Shown here piece after piece: positions 25,097-32,000 of a stretch of DNA of 32,000 bases. The translations under genes were made by a program, and so were the position numbers. The notes beneath the pieces are model-generated. The model was not told the DNA's origin, searched no databases, and saw only the letters and a list, made by a program, of their open reading frames with translations. How positions within the stretch are numbered: the first letter of the stretch is position 1; each line of letters opens with the position of its first letter. The stretch covers positions 4,316 to 36,315 of the forward strand of contig JAQVDW010000018.1 of assembly GCA_028698185.1 (NCBI GenBank), in the 5' to 3' direction. This DNA comes from Erysipelotrichaceae bacterium (GTDB lineage: Bacteria > Bacillota_I > Bacilli_A > Erysipelotrichales > Coprobacillaceae).

Positions 25097-25118
25097 TAAT
25101 TTGAAAGAGAGGATTATT

Positions 25119-26918
25119 ATGAGAGCAGTAATGGTTATGTTCGATTCACTGAATCGCCACATGCTTCCGAATTATGGTTGCGACTGGATCAAGGCGCCCA
25201 ATTTCAAGCGGCTCGCTAAAAAAACGGTCAGCTTCGACAATTGTTATGCGGGCAGTCTGCCCTGCATGCCAGCTCGAAGGGAGCTCCATACCGGACGGTA
25301 CAACTTCTTGCATCGTTCCTGGGGACCGGTGGAACCGTTTGACGATTCGATGCCCGAATTGTTGAAAAGAAACGGAATCTACACCCACCTGGTTTCCGAC
25401 CACCAGCATTATTGGGAAGATGGGGGATGCACCTATCATACCCGCTACAGTTCCTGGGAAATCAGCCGGGGCCAGGAGGGTGACCCCTGGAAAGGCCGCG
25501 CCAATTATCGAAGCAAAGAGGATTCGCCGTTTTTCTGGAGCAAGATGGCAAAAAACGCGCCCGGCCAGAATATCCTGAAGCAAGACGAGATCAACCGGAC
25601 CTATCTCCAGGATGAAAAGGACATGCCCCAGGCGGTGACCTTCAAGAACGGAATCGACTTCATCAATGCGAACCACGACCAGGACAACTGGTTTTTGCAG
25701 ATCGAGACTTTTGATCCCCATGAACCGTTCTTCGCTCCGGCGCGTTTTCAGGAATTGTATCCCGACGACTATGACGGGATCGAATTTGACTGGCCGCCCT
25801 ACGGTCCGGTGATGGAAGACGACAGGACCGTGGCCCATGGCAAGAACCGATACAGCGCCCTGGTTAGCATGTGCGACCATTACCTGGGAAAGGTCCTCGA
25901 TTTGATGGACGAGCACAACCTGTGGGAGAATACGATGCTTATCGTCAATACTGACCATGGCTATCTTTTAGGGGAACATGGCTGGTGGTCGAAATCGGTG
26001 ATGCCAACCTACAACGAGATCGCCCATATCCCATTTTTCATCTACGATCCCCGTTTGAAAATCGCCGGGGAAAAGCGTCAGGCGCTGGTGCAGACAATCG
26101 ACATCGCGCCAACCCTGCTGGATTTTTTCAAGGTGGCGATACCAGAGGCGATGGAAGGACGGCCGCTCAAGGACACGGTAGCATCTGACAAGAAGATCCG
26201 CGATCACGCGATGTTCGGGTACCATGGCAGCCACGTCAACATCACCGACGGCCACCATGTCTATATGCGCTCGCCGGTAAGCAATTTCAACCGGCCCCTT
26301 TACGAATACACCCTGATGCCTACCCATATGAGATCGATGTTCGCCCCTGAAGAACTTGGCGAAATCGAGATCGCCGGACCATTCGGGTTTTCCAACAAGG
26401 CCAAGATGATGCGCATCGAAGTCAAGGCGGAAAGCTTCAACAAGCCAGCCTTCTTTGGTTCCAAGCTGTTCGATATCGACAGCGATCCCGACCAGTTGAG
26501 CGAGATCGAAAATGAGGATGTCGAGTTGGCGATGATCGAGGCCATCCGCCAAAAGATGATAATCAACGAAGCTCCCGATGAGCAATATGTCCGCCTGGGC
26601 ATTGTAAAAGACCGGCCGCTGACACGGGGAGAACTCAGGATCCAGAAAGAACAGACAATCAATGAACGAAAAGTTGCCGGTCTGGAATCGTTCGAGTTCC
26701 AACATGGCAGTTTCAACATGGTTACCTGCCTGTTGAACCTGCTGGAACCGTCAAAAAGGGCAGGCCTTGTCGCCGATTTCAAAGTCCAGTTGGCCAACAA
26801 AAAAACTAAAACTGTCAAGGACAGGGATGTATACGAACTCCTTGGCAATATGGAACTTACCAATGATCAGTATGCGATGTATAAATATTTTGTGAGTGTT
26901 GCGAGTCGTACTAAATAA
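25119..26918 (+). CDS. Cys-type sulfatase (alkaline-phosphatase superfamily), no signal peptide
   Basis: SLPCMPARRELHTGRY matches the C-x-P-x-R...TG formylglycine motif (Cys codon 25263-25265). VNTDHG metal/active-site block. ATG 25119 follows GAGAGG. Confidence 0.88.
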   Translation: MRAVMVMFDSLNRHMLPNYGCDWIKAPNFKRLAKKTVSFDNCYAGSLPCMPARRELHTGRYNFLHRSWGPVEPFDDSMPELLKRNGIYTHLVSDHQHYWEDGGCTYHTRYSSWEISRGQEGDPWKGRANYRSKEDSPFFWSKMAKNAPGQNILKQDEINRTYLQDEKDMPQAVTFKNGIDFINANHDQDNWFLQIETFDPHEPFFAPARFQELYPDDYDGIEFDWPPYGPVMEDDRTVAHGKNRYSALVSMCDHYLGKVLDLMDEHNLWENTMLIVNTDHGYLLGEHGWWSKSVMPTYNEIAHIPFFIYDPRLKIAGEKRQALVQTIDIAPTLLDFFKVAIPEAMEGRPLKDTVASDKKIRDHAMFGYHGSHVNITDGHHVYMRSPVSNFNRPLYEYTLMPTHMRSMFAPEELGEIEIAGPFGFSNKAKMMRIEVKAESFNKPAFFGSKLFDIDSDPDQLSEIENEDVELAMIEAIRQKMIINEAPDEQYVRLGIVKDRPLTRGELRIQKEQTINERKVAGLESFEFQHGSFNMVTCLLNLLEPSKRAGLVADFKVQLANKKTKTVKDRDVYELLGNMELTNDQYAMYKYFVSVASRTK

Positions 26919-26930
26919 GGAGAGATAACG

Positions 26931-28340
26931 ATGGAAAAGACAATGCGCAAAGCGAAAATTAGTGAAATATTGAAGTATGGTTTAGGTGGAGTTGGTTCCA
27001 ACGTCGCCTTTATGCTGGTAATGGCATATCTGATGTTTTTCTACACCGATGTCTTTGGCATCAATGCGGCGGCAGTCGGCGGTCTGTTTTTCGTGACCCG
27101 CTTCATTGATGCGATAACCGATCCGATGATGGGGATGATCGCCGATCGGACCAGGTCGAAATAAGGGAAATTCCGGGTCTGGGTCCTGTTTGGAGCGCCG
27201 CTGCTGGGGTTGATGGTGGCGATGATGTTTGCAGCTCCCGATCTTTCCCCAACTGGCAAGCTGATCTATGTCTATGTGACCTATATCGCCTACTCATTGA
27301 TTTCGACAATTGTCAACATTCCGTACCATTCACTGACTCCGGTGCTTTCGCAAGATCCCGACCAAAGGACAGTCATTGCCACAACCAAACAGCTGCTGGG
27401 GCAATTTGGGAATGCCTTTGTGACCATCGGCGCCATCCCGCTGGTGACGATGCTTGGTGGCGGAGCGCGGGCCTGGCAGATCTACGGTATTGCCAGTGGA
27501 ATCATCATTGTGATCGCATTCTATTTTTGCGCCTGGGGTGCGAAGAATCATGACGTTTCCAATGTTGTCACCAAGGAGAGTACAAGCGAAAACAAACCCA
27601 AACTGACATTCAAAAAACAGATGGCTTTGATTTTAAAGAACCGGGCCTTGTTGATGCTGATGATCGCTTTTGGAACCGACATGATTGCCTTTGCGGCAGC
27701 CAATGCCACCAATATCTATTATTTCACCTACGCGGTAAAAAGACCTGATCTTATTGCGGTAATCGGACTTTTCGGTCTGGCCATCGGGGTTCCAATCACC
27801 TTCACCATTCCAGCCTTGTCAAAGCGCTTTGGAAAAAAACGCCTGTTCACATTGGCGAGCATGACTCTGATTGGAATATCGAGCTGGCTATTTTTCATCC
27901 CATTTGAAAACTCAACCTTGATCCTGGTTCAGGCAGCAGTCCTGGCAGCAGTCTCACCATTCACCGGTGTCATCGGCTGGGCGATGCTGGCCGATTGTGT
28001 CGAATATGGGGAGTGGGTCACGGGAGTCCGGGGGGAAGGTACGGTATCTTCCCAGCTCACATTCGTCAATAAACTGGGGATGGCATTGGGCGGAATATTT
28101 GCCGGGATGATGCTTTCGGCGGTCGGCTATGTTGCCGGAGGGGAACAGTCCGCTTCAGTGCTCCGGGCGATTGTCGGAATCAAGGCGCTTTTGCCGGCGG
28201 CCGGTTATGTCTGCTCGGTCATCGCAATGTTCTTCTATCCCATCACCAAAGAGTTCTACTACCAGATGATCGAGGATAACAGAAACAATCATTTGCAACA
28301 GAAAATCACTATCGAAGACATGCAAACGAGTAGAAATTAA
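26931..28340 (+). pseudogene. GPH-family (MelB/YicJ-like) glycoside:cation symporter interrupted by an in-frame TAA
   Basis: The two tracked ORFs (26931-27164 and 27210-28340) are in the same frame. The sequence reads ...MIADRTRSK*GKFRVWVLFGAPL, so the stop (27162-27164) sits where the family motif D-x-T-R-S-[RK]-W-G-K-F-R-P-W has Trp. Confidence 0.8.
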
Positions 28341-28379
28341 TTCATTTCCATAGATAAATGTGATACAATTGATACGGTG

Positions 28380-29408
28380 ATGAAAATGGCAGCGACAATA
28401 TATGATGTGGCAAAAAAGGCGGGAGTGTCAACCGCCACCGTCTCAAGAGTTATAAACAAATTAGGCAACGTCAGACAAGAAACAAAGGCAAAAGTCGAAG
28501 AGGCGATGGAGCAGCTCAATTTCACGCCCAATGCCTTGGCTGTGAGTTTTGCGACCAATAAAAGCAATATAATCGGCTTGGTGACGACGCTGGAAAGCGA
28601 ACGGAACATATCCAATGAAATGGTGAACAATTTCTACTTCACTGAGCTGTTCCGGGGTATCAATACGGTGTTGAAAAGGCGCAACTATGACCTGCTGATT
28701 ATCAATGAAAGTCTCGACAACACCCAGTATTACGACGGACTGATCCAGAATAAAAGGATTGACGGGTTGGTTGTCTCGACCCAGCTCCATAACACGGCCC
28801 AGTTCAAGAAACTGGTCAGACAGAAATTGCCTCTGGCATATATCGGAAAGATTCCCAACTTCAACCAGGGGTTGAGCGTCTACGCCAGATATTACAAGTA
28901 TACTGATGAAATACTGGGTTACCTTAATGACAAGGGATTTGAGCGGGTGCTTTTCATCAGCTATCGCCAAAAACAGGATCTGATCAAGATGTGGGATCAA
29001 CTCAAATACGATAATCATACTAAAATGGATATTGAATATCTTGATTTGTATGAGGCCCACCAAAACGGCGGTCTGGTTGAAAAAATCAAAGACATCTACC
29101 AGGATGGCAACTATCCCCGGGCAATCTTCACTGACGAATTGAACAACGTCCAGATAATCATAAGCGTCCTCAACAACCTGGGGCTACAGGTTCCAAAAGA
29201 TGTCTCGATCGTTTCAGTCGAGCATATCCACGGCATGGGAAACAATTACTATCCCAAGATAACCAACGTATATGTGCCGGTCTATGATATGGGTGTGGCG
29301 GTCGCCAACCTCTTGATTGATTTCATTGAACAGAATCAACAGGAATACAATAAGCAGATTATTCTCGAATCGATATTGATCGAGCGGGAAAGTGTTAAAA
29401 AAGGCTGA
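28380..29408 (+). CDS. LacI-family transcriptional regulator
   Basis: ATIYDVAKKAGVSTATVSRVINKLGNVRQETKAKVEEAMEQLNFTPNALA (HTH_LacI) plus a periplasmic-binding-protein-like core. The start could be 28380 or 28386. Confidence 0.9.
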   Translation: MKMAATIYDVAKKAGVSTATVSRVINKLGNVRQETKAKVEEAMEQLNFTPNALAVSFATNKSNIIGLVTTLESERNISNEMVNNFYFTELFRGINTVLKRRNYDLLIINESLDNTQYYDGLIQNKRIDGLVVSTQLHNTAQFKKLVRQKLPLAYIGKIPNFNQGLSVYARYYKYTDEILGYLNDKGFERVLFISYRQKQDLIKMWDQLKYDNHTKMDIEYLDLYEAHQNGGLVEKIKDIYQDGNYPRAIFTDELNNVQIIISVLNNLGLQVPKDVSIVSVEHIHGMGNNYYPKITNVYVPVYDMGVAVANLLIDFIEQNQQEYNKQIILESILIERESVKKG

Positions 29409-29430
29409 TTACGCAAGTGTCAGCCTTTTT
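29403..29430 (+). terminator. Rho-independent terminator after lacI-family gene
   Basis: GGCTGA ttacgcaagtg TCAGCC followed by TTTTT. Confidence 0.65.
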
Positions 29431-29464
29431 GGTGCAAATTGTCATAAATCGCATTAACTGATCG

Positions 29465-29492
29465 TTCACAAAATCAAAATATTGGGTAGAAT
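29465..29492 (+). promoter_or_regulatory. Candidate promoter of the downstream membrane-protein gene
   Basis: TTCACA (29465-29470), 16 nt, TAGAAT (29487-29492). Confidence 0.4.
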
Positions 29493-29523
29493 GAAAGCGT
29501 GACCAAAATTAGGAGGTGGCGCT

Positions 29524-30795
29524 ATGGATGCCAAGAGATTGTCCCGATTCAAAGATTCTTATGGAGTGAACTGCCTGTTTCTTGGCATCTTTCCAGCCTT
29601 GTTCTATTTTGCGGCTGTGACAATTCTGATTGTAAAAAACAACTTTCACTCTTTCTGGATAGGACTTAGAAATATTTTCGATTTCACACCAGGACAGGTG
29701 AGCGATTTTCTGGTGATCGGCGGGCTTGAGGCCAGCCTTATCAACGCCGCCTTGATCGGGAGTCTCAATGTGTTAGTCATATGGCAAAGCAGATGTCCCG
29801 TCGATGGCAAGGTGATTGCCGCGTTTTTTACCGTTCTGGGCTTTTCCTTTGTCGGGAAGACAATCTTCAACATAATCCCTATCTATCTTGGTGGTTGGAT
29901 CTACTGGCACAAAAACAAAGTCAAGATCCAGGGGACCTTGCCGGTGATGATGTTCGCAACTTCATTGGCGCCAGTTGTTTCCTGGCTCTATCGCCATCAA
30001 GAACTAAGCGCGATGACGGGCTCATTCATGGCACTGGTGGTGGGGATGGCGCTTGGATATCTGGTTGTTCCGGTGGCGAGGCGACTCCATTTTTTCCATA
30101 AGGGCCATAGTCTTTACCATATCGGTTTTTGCACCGGGCTTCTGGCAACTGCAGTTGCTAGATTGGGCCGGATTTTCAATCTCGGGATTTCACCGGAACG
30201 AAACGTCAGTCTGGCAAATAGCGGGGAACTGTTCTTGTTGTTTGGGGTGATTGTTTTTATCCTGTTGTCATCGTGCTTGTTGCTAAAAAAGCGCGGCATT
30301 AGGGATTTGGGGCTTGAGTCCGGTGGCATTGGGTCTTTCGAACCGGAAGGTGGACCTGGTTCGATTGTTCTCAATATGGCAATTATGGCGGTGTTGAGCC
30401 TGGGCTATGTCCGGCTGGTTGGCGGGATACTTTGCGGTCCGGTTGTGGCCGGTATCTTCACTTTGATCGGTTTTGGGGCCTGTGGCAAGAATCTGTCCAA
30501 CTGTCTTCCGGTAATGGCCGGAGCGATCGGCGGCATCATTTTCCTGGACCTGCCTATGAACGATCCAGGCTTGATAGCGGCGGTGCTTTTTGCGACGACA
30601 CTGGCGCCGATGGTGACCAACTATGGCAGAATTGCCGGAGTGGTCGCGGGCTTCTGCCATCTGTTCATGATTGGCGACACAATCCTGCTCCATGGTGGCT
30701 TGTGCCTCTACAATAACGGCTTTACCGGTGGTCTGGTTGCCGGAACGCTGGTAAGCCTGTTCGAACGAATAAAATACAAGAAAAGCAGCTGTTAA
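29524..30795 (+). CDS. Polytopic integral membrane protein (423 aa, about 10 TM); size and topology reminiscent of DUF1576, family uncertain
   Basis: ORF track. AGGAGGTGG ribosome binding site. Continuous hydrophobic, glycine-rich helices. Confidence 0.6.
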   Translation: MDAKRLSRFKDSYGVNCLFLGIFPALFYFAAVTILIVKNNFHSFWIGLRNIFDFTPGQVSDFLVIGGLEASLINAALIGSLNVLVIWQSRCPVDGKVIAAFFTVLGFSFVGKTIFNIIPIYLGGWIYWHKNKVKIQGTLPVMMFATSLAPVVSWLYRHQELSAMTGSFMALVVGMALGYLVVPVARRLHFFHKGHSLYHIGFCTGLLATAVARLGRIFNLGISPERNVSLANSGELFLLFGVIVFILLSSCLLLKKRGIRDLGLESGGIGSFEPEGGPGSIVLNMAIMAVLSLGYVRLVGGILCGPVVAGIFTLIGFGACGKNLSNCLPVMAGAIGGIIFLDLPMNDPGLIAAVLFATTLAPMVTNYGRIAGVVAGFCHLFMIGDTILLHGGLCLYNNGFTGGLVAGTLVSLFERIKYKKSSC

Positions 30796-30807
30796 GAGCT
30801 GCTTTTT
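30784..30807. terminator. Bidirectional terminator between convergent genes
   Basis: aaaAGCAGCT gttaag AGCTGCTtttt. Confidence 0.7.
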
Positions 30808-30808
30808 G

Positions 30809-31867
30809 TCATTTGATGCGGATCCAGTATTTTGTTTTACTTTTGTTAAGATAATATTTATCGCCAATATTCTGGATTTCAACAAGAATACTGTAGTCTT
30901 CGCCGTTGGCTTCGATTTCGGTAGTGGTAACTTCTCCGTTCTTGTCTTTGGTGTTGACATACTGGAAGTACTTGCCATCGATGCACACAAGGTTAGTGTA
31001 AACATCATTTTTATCCGACGGATTGTAGGAAGAGGCGAAGAAAACATTTTCCTTGTCAGGGGTGACAATCGGCACCCAGTAAAGATCGCTGCTTGTTCCA
31101 ATCAGCGCCATTTCCTGCTCGGTGGCTTTGTTGTAGCCGCCGTTATTGAGCATGTATTGCTGGAAAGCCTTGGTCATATCCCTGGAATTTTTCTTTTCGA
31201 ATTTTTTGACTATTTCCGTCTTATTTGAATCATATGTTTCGTTGACAGCAACAGTATCGGTGCCTTCAAACTCTCCCGAACCTGTGTCCGGCTCATCTGG
31301 AGTGTCCGGCTCATCTGGAGTGTCCGGCTCATCTGGAGTGTCCGGCTCATCAGGAGTGTCCGGCTCATCTGAAGTATCCTGCTCATCTGAAGTGTCCGGA
31401 TCTTCGCTAGATTCATAGCTCAAGAGATCGGCATCCTTGAAGATTTTGACGTCCTGGTCAGCGAGGATCAATGCGTCGATATTAAGATCATCGATATCCA
31501 GGTTAAGCACATAGCTGTTGGCGGGGATGTTGAAGTCATCAGAGCTCACCGTGTTGGGGAAGTAGGAAAAATCATTGAGAATCAGATCTTCTATGCCCAG
31601 GGTCGAGTTGACCTGGTCAACGATATCGCCAACCAGATCGGGATTGTCCTGGTATAGATTATCCAGATCCGCGCCGGCAGCAATTATGTATTTGTCCTGC
31701 TCAATCATTGTTGCTTTGTAGGTGCTGTACGCCTTGATCGAATAATCATATTCATTGGCCTCGTCGACATAACTCAGGACAGAGGGGAAGGCGATTGCGG
31801 ACAAGATTGATATTATGGCAATGGTCGTTATTATCTCAACTAAGGTGAATCCGGTAGTGTTTTTCAT
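30809..31867 (-). CDS. Type IV pilin-like (prepilin N-terminal methylation motif) protein with an acidic repeat linker and a large C-terminal domain (352 aa)
   Basis: MKNTTGFTLVEIITTIAIISILSAIAFPS gives the G/FTLVE prepilin cleavage motif plus a hydrophobic helix. ATG 31867 is preceded by GAGGAG. Internal (PDEPDT)n repeat. Confidence 0.8.
   Translation of the reverse strand: MKNTTGFTLVEIITTIAIISILSAIAFPSVLSYVDEANEYDYSIKAYSTYKATMIEQDKYIIAAGADLDNLYQDNPDLVGDIVDQVNSTLGIEDLILNDFSYFPNTVSSDDFNIPANSYVLNLDIDDLNIDALILADQDVKIFKDADLLSYESSEDPDTSDEQDTSDEPDTPDEPDTPDEPDTPDEPDTPDEPDTGSGEFEGTDTVAVNETYDSNKTEIVKKFEKKNSRDMTKAFQQYMLNNGGYNKATEQEMALIGTSSDLYWVPIVTPDKENVFFASSYNPSDKNDVYTNLVCIDGKYFQYVNTKDKNGEVTTTEIEANGEDYSILVEIQNIGDKYYLNKSKTKYWIRIK
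31283..31408. repeat. 18-bp tandem repeat, six good copies plus a degenerate seventh, inside the pilin-like CDS
   Basis: GTGTCCGGCTCATCTGGA occurs 3 times exactly (31283-31336). Copies with 1, 1 and 4 mismatches follow. It encodes DTPDEP repeats on the minus strand. Confidence 0.9.
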
Positions 31868-32000
31868 GGAAATGCTCCTCGTATAATATGTTTGTAATCC
31901 TTGGTAAATATCACTCAACCAAGAATTGCATTAGTATCCTTTTTCTAAGATAATAGACTTGTTTTGAATGAAGGTTTTATTCTTGCTCCTTGTGGCTCTT

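Noticed and set aside
25146-26863. ORFs of 270, 245 and 187 aa antisense to the sulfatase gene.
   Set aside because: The reasoning is the same: the sense strand carries the CxPxR sulfatase signature, and the antisense products have no recognisable features or start signals.
30283-31101. A 272-aa minus-strand ORF spanning the end of the membrane-protein gene, the terminator and the pilin gene's 3' end.
   Set aside because: It crosses a bidirectional terminator and overlaps two better-supported genes, and has no start signals.
31283-31408. Whether the 18-bp tandem repeats could be a CRISPR array or a regulatory repeat.
   Set aside because: The repeats have no spacers and lie in frame within a CDS, encoding a DTPDEP peptide repeat. 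No cas genes are present.

Overview
The window looks like chromosomal DNA from a Gram-positive (Bacillota-like) bacterium. Evidence is AGGAGG-type ribosome binding sites, sigma-A-like promoters, a monocistronic rpsD, Bacillus-like tRNAs and a ComG-type pilin. Coding regions are about half G+C by eye.

Gene content, left to right:
- a ybjQ-like gene and two small membrane-protein genes
- beta-carbonic anhydrase, a ZIP metal transporter and a DUF362/ferredoxin gene
- an AT-rich islet (about 4480-8760)
- rpsD, a DUF3783-like gene, pyrF and pyrE
- an overlapping membrane-protein/CPBP-protease pair
- a four-gene jetABCD operon
- a GyrI-like gene and a HAD hydrolase
- a tRNA-Lys/Ser/Asp cluster
- a pseudo-HAD membrane protein
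- a LacI-controlled sulfatase and GPH-transporter locus, where the transporter carries an in-frame stop
- a polytopic membrane protein
- a large pilin-like protein with an acidic tandem repeat

Two defence loci stand out.
1. The AT-rich islet carries a compact retron. It has a promoter, a ~129-nt candidate msr-msd RNA bounded by a perfect 11-bp inverted repeat, and a reverse transcriptase fused to a C-terminal Toprim-like domain (Ec67/Retron-Eco2-like). Downstream lie what looks like the fossil 5' end of a second retron RT, a mini-ORF broken at an A7 tract, an orphan 202-aa protein and a truncated IS21 copy.
2. Positions 13362-21230 match the TIGR02677/02678/02680/02679 gene order and sizes, which I recall as type II Wadjet. 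The ABC-ATPase and Toprim motifs are intact.

Both loci belong to described families, and I cannot show from sequence alone that anything here is undescribed. The parts that remain unexplained are the decaying region downstream of the retron (6598-8125), the 352-aa pilin-like protein and the pseudo-HAD membrane protein. No CRISPR array, rRNA gene or integrase was seen.
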